The position numbers and the translations under genes were made by a program. The notes below the pieces were generated by a model. It ran no database searches. It saw only the letters and a program-made list of their open reading frames with translations, and was not told the DNA's origin. DNA of 63,911 nt, filler included, from Cercozoa sp. M6MM (taxonomy: Eukaryota > Protista > Endomyxa: Ascetosporea), in NCBI GenBank assembly GCA_040357565.1. It is 12 parts of 12 records of this genome, joined end to end, with 100 filler letters (N's around TTAATTAATTAA, not from the genome) between each part and the next. Parts side by side here need not be neighbours in the genome. Positions count along the whole stretch, not along the records: positions 42,154 to 49,552 come from JBDODJ010000628.1; positions 49,653 to 51,430 come from JBDODJ010001922.1; positions 51,531 to 58,202 come from JBDODJ010000708.1; 9 more parts are not named here. The stretch is one strand, 5' to 3'. The stretch's first letter is position 1. Each line of letters starts with the position of its first letter. Positions 42,699-57,134 of the stretch are shown here, piece by piece.

Positions 42699-45229
42699 TT
42701 AGCTTTCGTTGCGACTTTCGCGTCGTGAGGTTGCTCTTCGCCACAATCTGCGCGGCGAAAACGAGAAACGCGAGCGATGTGAATTCACCACGGGAACGAA
42801 TTCGTGCGGTGGGGCAGCTTGCTGTGTCGCCAACTGTGTCGGACGGGTCTGCTCTTCGTGCTCTTCTTCTTCTTCTTGAGCGTGTTCGGTGAAGTCAACG
42901 ACAGCTTCGGCATCTGCGGCAGGCACAGGGAACCGAGGAGAACAGGCCGTTGGTGTAACTACAAAAAGGAGGGCGGATAAAAGCAACTGTTGCCACGAAA
43001 AGAAGTGTACATTCAAAAGCTTCATCAAGCTCATGCGCCACTCGCTGCAGCACGTCGTGACCGAACGCAACATGAGTGTATCCTTCATGTTCTCGCACTG
43101 CGGCGACTTGCATCACGTTGAGCAACCATTCCCAGAACTGGAGGGCCGAGGGTCGCTCACGCTATGAGCACAACTCCCGTGTTTAAGAAAGCTTCGACAA
43201 CGACAACAGTGAACGAGTTACCTCGTTGAATCGCAAGGCCGCTCGCAGCAGGGCAACAACGGTCTGGATCAAGTCAGAGTTTTCTGCACAAAGCACAAGC
43301 CACAATTCTTACGCACAATGGATGTGGGCTAAAAACACCATGATTCTGAAGAAGAGCCTCCAGACTCTCCTTATTTTTTGGAGAGTCCAGATAAGACGAG
43401 TTTCGTTGTGGTTTACTCAAGTAATTTTCGTAGCCCAGGATGACAGTGTCATCGCAATGCATCCACGGTAGCTCTCCCATGAGGATCTCGTAGGCAACCA
43501 CTCCCAGCGACCACACGTCCACTCGGTCGCCCAGCAACTCTACAGAGCACCGACTGATGAAACCGACCGCTCAGAATAAGAGCTAAATCTACCAGTTTGG
43601 TCGAGGCTTCTGCGCACTTGGCACGGCCATTTTCGCAGTGCCGACTTGTCCTTCGAACAGTTGGAGCATTGATACTTAACCTGAACGTATGACAAGTGAC
43701 AGTGAATTTACCTCTGAAGGAAGGTAGGCGCAGGCAAGTATCTCTGGTGCCAGGTAGCCAGTTGTGCCCCGGGCGTGGTGTGTCGTCTCCGACGTTGACG
43801 CTGCCAGACCAAAATCCACGAACACTGGCTCGTAGACCACTCCATCCTGGCGTTGAATACAAAAGAAAGATGAAACAAAAAGGATTTTTTAAGCTTGTAT
43901 TACCGGGGTCTCAGTCTTCCGGATCGCAATGTTTGGTGGTTTTATGTCGTGGTGAACCACCTTGTTTTCGTGGACGGAAGAAGCGCCCAGGAACAGATCG
44001 GAGATCAGCATGAGCTACAGTGCCGAAACATGCCGCAGTATGGTAGATTTTTCCCTGGTACAGCAGGATTAGAATAAATGTTAAACGATACCCGAGTGAC
44101 AAAAGAAAGCGACTGCTTTTGTAGCAGCTTGTCCAATGTGCTCGCATAACGGGGCATCACAATGGCAAACTGCTCCATTCTCTGGGGAGTGGCGTCGCTG
44201 CAGTGTTTCACATCAGCAAGAGAGGGCGGAGTGGAGACGGGGTTGAAAAACACAGTATACGGTCGAAAACGGCCAAAGCTGCCTTCGATCGGATTCGGAG
44301 GATTGTCGACGTTCCATCTGGCGACCTGACGGAGACTGTCCTTGTCGATTTGAAGCACCAAAAGTGGCACCGAAAGGTGGTTGTTCCAGTGAAATTTGTT
44401 GACTGCCAAAGCGGTGGCGTGGTCTGCTTGCTGTGAGTTCATCGAGGCAACACCGGGAATTAGCTTCCGTCTGTCGAAACCATGTGCACGATCGAGGTAG
44501 GTGAGCTCTAGCTTTTGGTCTGGACGAGACTTTCGCACGATTTTCACGACCACTATCATTCAAAAGAAACTAAACATCTGCACAAAAGGGCAACAATAAA
44601 AGAAGGAAGCTTGAGGCTACATCCGTGTGCTTCCACATTGTCATTGGTCTGCTGGAGTGCCTGTCGGAACATGGCATGAATCTTCATGGTAAAGACCGTT
44701 GCTTTGTCCACTCGCAGAACCACTCCCTGCAGAAGAGGATTAGTTTTTTTTTGAGACAATGCTCTGAAGGAAAGACTGGTACATGCTTGCATCTGCAAAT
44801 AGTACGCACGCCGTTGTTCGTCAAGGTACCGACACTGTGAGAAGGCTTCGGCCGAAGGGTTAGTGCACCAGTCTCGCACGATGGCATCGGCACTAGAGGC
44901 AAATGCACGGGCACTGGCTCGCGTCGTGGTTGGCGACGAAGAGGATTGGCCACTGGCTCAGCTCCGAGGTGAATGACAGGAGTTTGCAACTGCAGCGGTC
45001 GACTGCCTTTCGCTCTGGCTGAAGACACAGTGGACACAGGCACCTCTGGCAGACCAAAGTGCTGCCTGAGCGATTCCACGTTGCAAATTGCGCTTTCGGG
45101 AGAACTCGAAGCGATGACGTCGGCACATTCGAGAAGATTTCTCAGCTCAGAGCTGGCTGTTGTGAAGTCTGCCTTGAGAGCCAAGACCAACAGGGCACCC
45201 AACGAGATGCGGATGGTGTGTCGCATCAT
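42699..45229 (-). CDS. Ser/Thr protein kinase with N-terminal signal peptide
   Basis: MMRHTIRISLGALLVLALKA-DF; VVVKIV (beta3 Lys); AIVMPRY; VVHHDIKPPNI; VFVDFGLA; GTTGYLAPE; DRVDVWSLGVVAYEILMGELPW. 3' end approximate. Confidence 0.85.
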
Positions 45230-45808
45230 CTTCCGATGTCTCTGCACGCCACGGCTGTAAAAGGGCGCGTGGAGGCCTAGAGCCCAACCGCAGTCTGCGA
45301 AAGTCCGAACGCTTCATTGTCGCGTGCCTGCGGGAGGCGCGCGTGCCTGCGACGGGTCCTCTCGTGCGAATTTTTCGACACTTCTCCGAGGCCAAAAAGC
45401 AAAGCGCTGTCATTCTCTCACTTTATTCTGTGTTCGTTTGCCTATAATTCGCAGTATCAAGCGATCCTATCGACCTTCCGAGGTGATTCGATTTTGCTTT
45501 GACCTTTTCGCTTTTCAGATTTCGAGTTTCTCCGAATTGGGTTTCCGCGTGGACGCAGGCTTGAAAACCAACAAAGAGAAAAATGAAACTTCTGTTCCGT
45601 GCATTGGTCGCTGCCGTCGTGGTGGCGAGTGGCACCTCTGCTTCGCGCTCATACGTTAGCCCGATTCACCGCGGTATAGCTAGTCTTTGATGTGTTGAGT
45701 ATTTATTAAAGACCTATTCTGGTAGCCCCTACCGCAAGTCGCTATGGCACCCCGACTGGTGCACCGGCTATTTCACTGGAAGACTTGCTGGGCCGGGAAG
45801 CGACAGCA

Positions 45809-47187
45809 ATGAGACGTGAGGAGCACGAACGTTTGGTAGCTTCCTGCATATTATTTGCTTTTGTGGCATATACCTTGGTGTCTGACTGCCCAGGCGCAAG
45901 AGTACCAGACTGCCCAACAGGAGCATCAACGCCAAACGTCCGATGCAACTGCGCGAATTCCACCTGCTTGCCGAGCGTTCATCGAGCTGTTCGTGGATTC
46001 AAAAGAAGACCCTCGCTCGGTGATGGTATACTCGAGTCCACAAAAACAAAAACTGTGGTATGGACACTTGAGTGACAGGAAGCGGTGCCGGAGCTGCTGG
46101 CTGGGGTCAAAAAGATTCCCGATTGCGCTAGAGTCGGCCCTGATGACATCCAGGTCTTCGCGGCATCCGTCATGGCGCGTCGTACGGCGCGTCCTCCAAG
46201 TCCGGGTCTTTGGGCGGCGCCAACTCCCTTCGGCGCTGCCTTTCCGGCCCCTCCTGCCTTTCCTACGGCTGAGCCTGCCAGTGCTGGCTACCCTGGAGAG
46301 GCATACCGGCGTGTCATGATCGCTGAGCTGTCGCCGGCATGCCAACGCGTAGTGACCCACCGCACTGAGACCACCGAGACCCTCCGCACGACAACGACTA
46401 CGACAACGACCACGACCACGGAGGTACATTGCAATCACTCTTCGTCAGAGACACGTGTGCCTACTCTCTCATTGTGATGTTTGTATGCAGATGCTGCATC
46501 AGCATCCCGTCGAATGTGCCGTGGACTTGCACCGCCTTCAACAAGAGCCGGTCGGCCGGTACGGACCAACTGAATCCCCGGGCTACACTTCTTATGAGGT
46601 ACCTCTGATCATTGTTTAAACAAACTGTCCATCTTGGCCAGTGTGTTAATCACTTCGATGTAAATTGTAGTCTCGCTTCGGACCAGAGAGCCCGCGCGCA
46701 CGTGGTCTTGCCACTGGTGTTGACATTCCCATCACTCGCGGTGGCGGACCGCCGCTTGAGCCGATGTCCGCTCGTCCCGAGCGCAGTCGTTCTGGACCGG
46801 CTCCGCTAGCAGCTGCACCTGCCGGTGTCTACGGCGGCTACCCGACACCCGGCGAAAGCATGCCTCCCTCGCCTACCACGGTACTCTAAAAGACTCAGTC
46901 ATCTGGCATGTTCACAAGAAAATAGCACACTGGGAGTGCCTCACTGTGTGAACAGACGACTCCCCGTGATACTCGTCCACGTCCGCGTCCGCATCAACTG
47001 CCCACTGACACGCGTTCGGCTGACCCCGCCCGCCAGCCGGCTCAAGGCCCTCCTGTCGTGGGAGATACTTCGCATGCACGCACACGAACTTAGTCACCGA
47101 CGTCGTTCGAATCTATCCACATTTAAGAATAGAGACGTCCCATCGAATCCGCGCCTAACAACGAAACATAAACTACTACGTTACTAA
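45809..47187 (+). CDS. Uncharacterised Pro/Thr-rich multi-exon protein
   Basis: In-frame exons with GT-AG junctions and a poly-Thr tract. No domain recognised. Confidence 0.4.
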
Positions 47188-47211
47188 AATTCTGAAAGAT
47201 CCGACAAAGTT

Positions 47212-47417
47212 AAATTGAAAGACAATTTACTCTGAAGGGAAACTGAATCGAGTGTGCTGACGCTCAAAGTCCGAACGACCCAAAGCTAAATGCGTGCCTG
47301 ACGAGTGTCTGCTAGACCGCTCAAACTCACCTGCGGACCTGTTGAGTGCGCTCACACTCGTTCGACGTTAGACTTTGGACGGCATGCTTCGCTTCAGTCT
47401 AAATTGTCTTTCAATTT
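47212..47417. repeat. Imperfect long inverted repeat (MITE-like)
   Basis: AAATTGAAAGACAATTTA (47212-47229) is the exact reverse complement of 47400-47417. Pairing continues inward (CTGAAG.GAA, CGAGTGTG, CTCAA). Confidence 0.7.
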
Positions 47418-48165
47418 GGTCAATCGTCATCAGCGTCATTTCATTGTCAGCGCCACTGGCGGCGTCACCGAGGAGTCCTGCAACTCAAGTACCTAACGGT
47501 GCGACTCCAATGTCACTGCCAAAAGTGTGTCCAGAATCACCGATCAGAGACGCCGTGGTGAAAGTAGATTCAACCTGTTCCTACCCGTCCCTACCATTTC
47601 GTGTTGTTGTTAGCGAAGCGACTTTGATGCCGAGAGTCAATTGCGGCACTGTCAGGAGCGGATTCAAAAATTAGTGGACTCCAATCCCGGCCCGTTGGAA
47701 CTGAGTGCTCTGGTACCAATGATAAGCTATTCTTCAACTGAGGGCGACACCCAGTGCATGGGCAACACATGACCAACACAACAGCTAGTGAACGTCCAGA
47801 CGGCGATCGACGAAGTGCTGTCGGCTCGGACTCCATCACTCCGAGACTACGAGAACACTGAGACACAACTCCAACTCAAGGAACGGGTACCAGTCCTGTA
47901 GTCCAACTCCAGACTGTGAATAAATTTACTGTTGCAAACAGGCCTGGAACTATGCGATCGAGTACATCAAGACTCGACTCGGTCTGATACTTCCCAGCAC
48001 GCCTGTGGCCACTTGACTGTGAGCAAAGGGCCTGCCTGCACTAAGGCTGCTTGAATTTACGACTCATACAGTTAAAACTGTCCGTTACAGTATTGGTCGG
48101 TTGTTAAGTTGCTCACGGCATACAGTAAATTTAAAACTGAGCTAGCTCAATGGTAGCTAGTAACG

Positions 48166-49475
48166 TCAGTCAGTCAGTGTGCACGTGGTCACAGACACGG
48201 CATCCTCGTTGAGCACGTGCGTCAACTGCAGCGACACAGGGTGCAGCGATACAGGCGATTCCGACTCAGCTTCACGGGCGACTGTCCAGTGTCACACATC
48301 ACACAGCAGGTACAGTGAGAGACAGTAGTATGTGCTGACTGTACCTCTCTCTCCTGTAGATGACTTATCTGCCTGTGTCTCCTCTTTATTCGCATCGATC
48401 ACATGCGACACGGGCCCGACGAAACTGAGCCCTGGGGGAGGGGGGGGGGGTAAGAAGGGGTAAAGAGGGGGGTAAAGATGCGCAGAAACACTACACGAAG
48501 GCAGCAGCAGCAGGCCGTGCAGCGTGCCGCCAAGCAACACGAGTGTCATCAGTTTGAAGAAGGACACGAAGATGTTGCTCTGACTGAAGGCTGTGGGCAG
48601 CACGCCCAGAAACGTACTGACGGCTGCCTACGGGGGGGGGGGGGGGGGGGGGGGGAGGGGGTAGGGAAGGGGGGGGGGGGTAACCTACAGGATGGGAACG
48701 CCCATATGCGACAAGGCGTGCTGCATTTTGTCACTATAAAATACATACATACACACATACACTTACATACATACATACATACATATATACACTTACATAC
48801 ACACATACATACATACATATATACATACACATACATACACATACATACACTTACATACACTTACATACATACACTTACATACACTTACATACAGACATAC
48901 ATACATATACATACATACATACATATACATACATACATACATATACATACATACATACATACATACATACACATAACTACCCCAGCACGCAGAGGTCGAT
49001 GGAGAGCAGCGTCAAAAGCGCGACGACGACGACGCCGACGTGTGCCACGAAAACCAAAGTGATCGCAGTGACCACCGTCAGTGACACCGTCATCGAGGTC
49101 AGTGTCTCCGACAGTACCACCTGGTCCCTGTATGTATACGTATGTACAAGTCATATGTATACGTTGTATATGTATGTATCTCGATGTATATGATGTAGCT
49201 GCATGTAGCTACGTCTGCGCGAACAGCAGCAAGTCGGCGCTGGCCAGTGCCAGGTGCACGTGTTCCTGTGTCTCCGCGCGGACCTGCAGTTGCCGCAACT
49301 CACGTGTCACTGCGACAGGTCGGGAGGAACATATGGACGGGACATATGGACGGAACATATGGCGGGATATATGGACGGGACATATGGACAGAGGCTACAG
49401 TCGTTTCGCTGCCGTGCCGACAGAACTGGCGCCGACGCCATCCAGGCACGCGACGCCACGCCCTCCGCCACCTGG
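48166..49475 (-). CDS. Patched/NPC1-family sterol-sensing membrane protein, 3' part
   Basis: TM exons VSLTVVTAITLVFVAHVGVVVVALLTLLSIDLCVLG and AVSTFLGVLPTAFSQSNIFVSFFKLMTLVLLGGTLHGLLLLP..LSFVGP match the NPC1/PTCHD C-terminal signature. Confidence 0.85.
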
Positions 49476-50856
49476 GGGGGGGGGGGGAAAGGGGGTAAAA
49501 ACAAACCGAAATATCGCTCGCGAATTCAACGTGTGTCTCTGCGAACTCTGACNNNNNNNNNNNNNNNNNNNNNNNNNNNNNNNNNNNNNNNNNNNNTTAA
49601 TTAATTAANNNNNNNNNNNNNNNNNNNNNNNNNNNNNNNNNNNNNNNNNNNNGACACGCAGACACATAGACACATAGACACATAGACACACAGACACACA
49701 GACACAGTCACGGACACACAGACACACAGACACACACACACACACACACACAGACACACAGACACACAGACACACAGACACACAGACACACACACACACA
49801 CACAACGCGAAGAAACAGGATGCATACGCTGTCGACACCATTGAACATGGAATCGTCGCAGCAGGCGCGATGCGTGACTCGGTTGGTCGAGTGACGGCGA
49901 CACGAACATTACCAACAGTGTGCTTTTGAATTGCAACTTGGCAAGCTGCAACTCATAACTCCGGTTCATAGCGATATAAAAATATCAAAAAATATCAACC
50001 CCTACGTATATATACCTTATCCTTGTGCGACCGCACAAAAAACTGTCTGAAAGGGATGTTTCGGAAGTTAAGCGTGATCTTGTCTTGACTCAAATCACTC
50101 TGCATCGAGAACGTCTTTTGTGGGTCACTTGAGAGGTTCTGGCAGAACTCCCGAATCCTTTTGCGCGCATCAAGAGGGCTTGTGTCCAGGCTAACACATG
50201 TACGCACAAAACGAACAGTGACAATACTCAGAGGTGTACAAGAAATGAAGCGAATCGCTACAAGAGCACTTGGCGGTAGCTTGAGTCAAACGCTAGCTGG
50301 AAAGCCTTCCCTCGCTCACATGTAATGCCGTAGACCGGCAAAGAAAGTTCGGCGTTTTTGTTGGATTCCTTAAGGTGGATAGTATTCGTCTGCACATCCA
50401 AACGCATCGAAGGGCCATCTAGCTCACCTTCGTACAGCAGAAGCACCGGCAAGGCCCCTGCGCATATCAAATCATGGAAAAATCGAACATTGGCCAGCCT
50501 AAATTATCTTGCTGTCTTGCTGCCTGAGTGACTTACACTTATGGACCATTCGATCGCACAGCAAACACTACAGGACACCTGACCGATGTGACTGCAGAGG
50601 TACAGCAAGCGCCTATCTGCACTTGAGCTCATCGGCTCCACCGAGCTGAAAACACCCAGCGTACTTTCATTCTTAATCCACCAGCTTAACGGACGTCCGT
50701 GCGGTTTGTGCCTAAAGTATGACTGTCATCTTTGTTCATTTGTTTTGGATACGCGCAAACATTTTTCTTGGATTCTGCTGCTGTAGCAATATTCAGTCTT
50801 GCGCATATGCGTGGTTGCGTGTGCGTCTATGCACTGTGCTTGTTAGGAGTGTCGAA

Positions 50857-51373
50857 ATGGCCGAGGAAGCCGCGGCGATCTTTGTGCGTCTAGGTCTCAA
50901 GGAGCAGGAGGCCGCCCAGACGGCGGGCAATGCCAAGAAGCGCGACAAGCTGCTTGCCATCCTGGTACTTGCGTCGACTCCTTTGTGGTGTCGTGGATAT
51001 GGCTCTCCATATGTTCGTTTAGGCTGAAGCCGGTGTTGCTGATGGCAACGGTGTCACTTCTGAGGCTGGCAAGCTGCTTTACTCGTTCGCCATGAAGGTA
51101 GCACCAGCTTTCTTCTGTCTGCCAATTAACATGCCGTTGTCTTTGGCTGTGCCAACATGCTTACACATATACATAAGACATGTCTTTTGTTGTGCCATAT
51201 CTATGCGTCTATGTGTTAAGGTGTCGCCTGCTCCGTTTGCCACCGAGCACCGTACTTTTCACATTGATGAAGGTCGCACATGTCACTGTACCTGTATGTG
51301 AGACTTGTGCTTGATTTAGGCGGTGTTGCGGCCAAGCTCATCGTGGAGGGCGGCATCGATTCGCAGCCCAAGG
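50857..51373 (+). CDS. QARS: Glutaminyl-tRNA synthetase, N-terminal domain exons
   Basis: MAEEAAAIFVRLGLKEQEAAQTAGNAKKRDKLLAIL|AEAGV..GKLLYSFAMK|..EHR|..LIVEGGIDSQPK matches the eukaryotic GlnRS N-terminal extension. Truncated. Confidence 0.75.
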
Positions 51374-51382
51374 TGTGCCTGG

Positions 51383-51430
<48 letters not shown>

Positions 51431-51534
51431 NNNNNNNNNNNNNNNNNNNNNNNNNNNNNNNNNNNNNNNNNNNNTTAATTAATTAANNNNNNNNNNNNNN
51501 NNNNNNNNNNNNNNNNNNNNNNNNNNNNNNGTGT

Positions 51535-51576
<42 letters not shown>

Positions 51577-52269
51577 CAGTTCTCGAAGGGACGTTCTGGT
51601 ACCGATCGTGCTGACGCCTTTAAGTAATTAATAAACCTCCTTGGGCGGAGTTGCCTGGTGTTTGTTTAAATTTGTGACAAGTACAGTGCACTGCGAGATA
51701 TTGCGGCCGAGCAGGAGACTCTGAACACCTTTGCCGACGCCTACGACAGTGTACTAGAAATCAGACTCTCATGCAATGCAGTGCAAATGACCTTCGGCGC
51801 TGTAGATTCTGAGCAAAGCGGAAGCATACACTGCGACGGCCCTACTGTTCTCGCAGGCCTACGAATTCTACAATGTATCTTTCTGCTACCTGCCCTCAAT
51901 TTATATCCCGAGATCCATATGTCTTTATTTCTTTTAGACATCTACAGCAGTGCTGTTAAAATTGAGTGACATGGAAACTGACCAGATCGCATCCTATTCG
52001 GTACGGCCTTTTAAACATAGTACCACCAGTACAGTTGACACTCAAACTCGCTTGTTCAGAAGTGGGCATACATGTCACTGGGCACAGTGTTTGCCGCTTC
52101 AGCAGCACTCGTGTGCTATGCGTGTTTTGTGCTCTACTTGTACCTAAGCTTCCGCTCGCTGCCTCTACAAGCGGCTGAGGAGAAATTCACTTCGTCGCTT
52201 GTAGCCATTTCGGACCCGTACACACCCCCCCCCCCCTGTTTTCATTTATGGTGAGTATACATTTACTCC

Positions 52270-55200
52270 CTTGTCAGTAGATATGCACGGCACGTGGAGG
52301 CCGAAGCTAACGACTTGCATGATGAAGACGCTCAGCATGTTGGTGTGTACTCACTTATCTCTCATCTGGAGCATCTTTCATCTGGAGCTATGGGGTGAAC
52401 GGATTCTGGTGCAGGACAAATGCTGGAATTGACCAGTGTCAAACTTGAGGAGGAGGAAGACGACTCCGATAGTTCCGAGGAAAAAGAGAACGACAAAACT
52501 TTGGATCGACGTCGTCGACTGGTGTGTGTGCCTGTATCTTGAGTATCCTGGGTTTGATATGCTATATGCATGGCACAGGCAATGAAGAGATACCTTTCGC
52601 ACCGACCTGCAATGTCGCGAAAGTGGATTGCACGACTCGCGTGGCTGGAGTACACTACTTTTTTTTTTGAGATTAACATCTAACAGTGCATTTGACGCCA
52701 CACTGCAGGAGAACAGGTCAGCGAGCGCTGCTTGGTTTCGGATGTGCACTCTGGGCTCTCTTGTACATCATTCTCTTTCATGATGTGACCATGTTTCCAT
52801 GAATCTGTTCTCAAAGAGCAATGGCGGTACTGGCGACCACGCTGACAACAACTCGTTTCGGTCAGCTTCGCGACTTGCAGTTCGACTTTGTACCTCTTGC
52901 TTTCACTCCAAACCGCCCAGCTGTAACTTATGCCAAATCGAATCTTGTCACTGTCAGCGCGGAAGAGACAGTGTGCTGGCGCGTGATGCCAACATGATCG
53001 ATGCGTGCACTCACCTGTACCTCCTTGGAGTCACAGATCAGGTGAGTCTAAATATCTGGGAGGGAGCGTTCCAGGCATGAGTTGCACTCCATGATTTTGG
53101 CGTCGTGCAGAACAAAAAGAGCGAAGAACGAGTGTTCCAGCTGAAGTCACTGATACGACCCTTGAACAGTGCAGTGTTCAACCTCATCAACATGACTACT
53201 GGTATCTTTTATCTGTCGCGTTGCAGTTCATTGATGCTCTTCATTCAAATTAGAAAAGGAAAAGCACAGAGACTTTTTCAACGTGTCTCGTCCTGCCATT
53301 CGAAGCGACACCTTGCCGATCGTACAGTGTCTTACTTGTCAGCACATGTTTTGTCACCTGGAAAAGTGTCTCTACAGGAAGCCACTTCGTTTACGCTGCA
53401 AGTACCGCGTCTGAACACGCTGCAAGTACGCTAAATTACTGTTTAAACAATGCGAGCGATCTTTTTGACTTTGCTCTTTACCTTGGGACAGGAGACGACG
53501 TTGGAAACGTTGAACAACAGAAACAACTCTACTCGACCGAGTACGCCTGTGTTCATGTGGATGGACAGCGTGTACGTTGGGCAACCACCGTTCTGTTTCG
53601 ACTGGAATTACACTGTAAGTTATAAAACCGTCCATCCGTTGATTTGTTCAGAGTTGAACGAAATTCAACGACCAATACGCTCGTGCTATAGTACAGTTTT
53701 GTCTTGTCTCTCTGAACTGTTGTTTTAGGAACGAAGCATTCTCTTTGCAGCGACGGTGCCTTGCCTTACATGCGCTTGCGAAACATAACGTCGCGCATGT
53801 TCGAAGACCGTATGGAACAGGAGATGAAGGATCACAAGTTCGCCTCTGTGCTGACTTCGGCGTTTGCGATTTCCGTGCTGGCAATACTGGTTTGCATGTC
53901 TAAATTGGTAAAATTACCCCACATTCCGTTGAAAACGGGGTTGAGTCCATGCCGTGGTGCAGGCATCAATGTACAAAGTGCGACGGAAACTGAGCACTCG
54001 ATCTCAGGTAAACCACTCCAACAAACTACTTTGCGTGTATGCTTGGTTCACATGTACGCACGAGTAGCGTTGGACGCTGGAGCGAATCGTGGCGGAACAT
54101 AGCACAGCTGGTCAATTTTCTTTCCTCTGACTTGGGCTGATCTGACTTGAACTGATTTTTTTTAAATAGGCCTGCTGCAAGAGTACTGCTACGGTGACCG
54201 GCGACAATTGAGCGCCGTGGCTTTCTGCTTTAGCTACATGAAGTGTCTGCTGGTTCGGCGCATGGTCTTGGGGTCTGCGACCTGCACGCCACTGGCATGT
54301 CGCCAAGAGATCACGCGTTTCTGGGAGCTGGCGGGACTGCCTGCTGCGTAAACTTTGCCCATTTGTGTTATAGTTTTCCGAGTGTGTTAATCCATCACTC
54401 CTCCTTTGGGGAAACAGGGAAAACCCGATCAGTATCAACGGAGTGTTCTACACGATGAACACGAGGCACGCAGTTGACTTGTTCAACATGTACTTGCGCA
54501 CCTATGCACCGGCACGTATCGAAATTCCGGTGTTATATATCTGTGAAGTCTGTGTGCTCAACAAACGTAAAATATGGATGTGGGCCACAGCCGCAGCTGC
54601 GAGAGAAACTGTTCCAACTGCTTGGGCGCGACGCGAAGGCTAGCGAGCACCTGAGTCTGTTGATCCTGCAGCTTGTCACTGTCACATGTTTATTTTACTA
54701 TCTACAGAGAAGGAAGAACGCAATGTGGGTGCCGACACGATGACACTACTTCACTTGGTGCACATTCTCGTGACACGCGCAGTCTACGACAAGTAGCTTT
54801 ATTCTCATGCATGTCTAGCGGGGAGCACGACAGTTCTGAGTGCTTGTAGGATCTTGTGGTCGTACATTCAAGAGGAGGAGTTTCGATCCATCGAACATCG
54901 TAGGTAAAAAAATCACAGTTTTTTGAGAGTTGAAGAATGACATAACAAGCAACCTCCGTCATCTCAGGGTGGAAGAGGCCGTGAAAACAGTTCAGTACGC
55001 TCGCTCGGAGGAAAAGTTTGCTGCACGACAAGACGAACTGCGCCGTATGCTGGAGGTGCGTTTCTTCCTTCAGTCTAAACATCATCACAATTTTGGCAAC
55101 TAAACAGAATCCGACGATTTGGGTCAAACTGCTTCTCTGGTGGTATAATGTCTACCATGCATTGAACGCTGACAATGACTGTGCATTTAAATGCAGCACC

Positions 55201-55700
55201 AAGGAGGAACTCATTGAGGAAGAAGAACGTGAGGAGGAAGGCGACAGTTTCAGTCGCAAGATGCGGTAAGGGTTTTCTTTCAGGCACGCACTCCAGTTAT
55301 ATTGATGTTAAATGTGCACTCTGCAGATTGAAGACGGCGGAGTTGCGGCGTTTGGAAAAACCTGACGACAGACACAGGTTGCGCAACAATCATCACTACA
55401 TTGACAACAGCATCGACACCATCAGTGTACTCTTTTTGTTGTTTGCGCGATCTGTTTCTAAAGTGCACATTGCGTGCCTCTTGCGTGTAGTACAACATCA
55501 CTACGGCTCGCGGTTTGGACGAAGCCGGAAACAGAAGAAGGTGCGATCACAAGATAGTGTATCTTGAAACAGACGAAGGGAGTTGTTTCATAAACAGACG
55601 AAGTGAAACGGCAGTTCAGCCAATCAACGAAGAATACAATGCGGCACCTTCCTCTTCTGAGGTAATTACGCAGAAGGAGTCTCTTGACTATCTTTTAGAT
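52270..55700 (+). CDS. Uncharacterised multi-exon gene(s), with TM segments
   Basis: A series of GT-AG-flanked open segments (e.g. KFASVLTSAFAISVLAILVCMSKL; NPTIWVKLLLWWYNV). Structure unresolved. Confidence 0.3.
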
Positions 55701-57134
55701 GGAGGACCACATGGGTGCCTGGTTTAAATGCAGACACGGGCGGGCAAATCGCCAGCGTCGAGACTGAGCGGTTTCATTTCTTTGTGCCTTGACACCGCGT
55801 GTCTGTTCTGCAATGACAGTTTTTCTGACAGCTGATTCCAAGCGCTCAGTTCCTGCCAGTCGTGGAAACAGCAGTGGCAAAACCGATCGCTCCAGTCGAC
55901 GTACATATATCCCTCATTCTCAGTTTTAATATGGTTTATAGCGATATATGGTAGGTAAGGGATCAAAAGGTGGCAAAAAGAAGCGACGCCAACATCGTAG
56001 CAAGAACAAGAAACGGACTGAGGAGGACCCTAACCAGAGGTATATTGAGTGTAATGTTTTGGTATTTGTGCTTTCAATATCACATTGCCATCTCTAGCTC
56101 CGAGGCAACAACCAACGTTGAACTGCAACTCTCGCTAAACGACTCTGACGCAGTCATGCTACAATCGTTGAATCGATTGGCTTTGTCACCGGTGCCCATC
56201 CCTGCGGAGGAAGGCATCAGTGACAATGACAGCGTTCTCATCGACGTGGACACGTTCGGGCATGATGATCTTGGCAGCAGTCGGAATGATCACAGTTTTT
56301 GCGCGGAGGGTTACTCGTTCGACGGCCCCGGCCGCGATCAGCACTTGCAGTTGCCCGACCGCAGCAGAGATGCCGTCAATGCGGACACACTTGACAGTAT
56401 CTACCAGGGCAACGTGTCCATTGGGTCTCCTATCGATGTCAACTCCATTTTTGGTGAGTTCAGTTCTATTCGCATATCTGCTCTGGCCCGTCGAGTAAAA
56501 CCTTTGCCTGCGCAGGCTCTGCGAACTACTCTGTATCAGCCGAAGACAGCGACGCCAGTGACCACGTATGAATTCCGCTCCTTTCTGTCCGGATTCATAA
56601 TATTCGATTTACTCGCGCGGCCGTCAATGTTCCGTTCCGTTCAATCAAACTGTCATCGCGCCCGGCCGCGTCTTGTCTAGCGTAGTAAATTTACGTACCT
56701 GCGCCTGCTGCTGAAGCTTGAATTAAGTTTCCGTCAAGGTATATACAGCATGCGGTCATGCACATACAACTCGAACTGAATCGTTGGTGAGCGGTATACC
56801 ATATAATACGGCCGCATGCCACAAGGTAAATTTATACGTACAGTGCTGTACTAATTTACGCATACTGACGTCGACACGCTGCAATCCCCGAGTGACATCA
56901 CGCTGGTTGACGTTCCCGGAGACACGTCGTTGCGACAGCCGTCATTTCGTACTTTGGTTCAGCCGTACGGTACAGTGTGCTCATTATCTTGCGCAGTATT
57001 TCTTTACAATCTCACGACGCGAAAAAGTCGTAAGTCTGCTAGGGTGGGGACTTTTGTTGCGCACCAAGCGTGCAGCGTCAAGTTTTTCTTGTTCAGGAAA
57101 ATGCTACTGTTGTTGCTGTCGGTACTGGAAGTAG

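Noticed and set aside
48138-48165. tRNA-like TAGCTCAATGGTAG
   Set aside because: No T-arm (GTTCRA) or acceptor stem follows.
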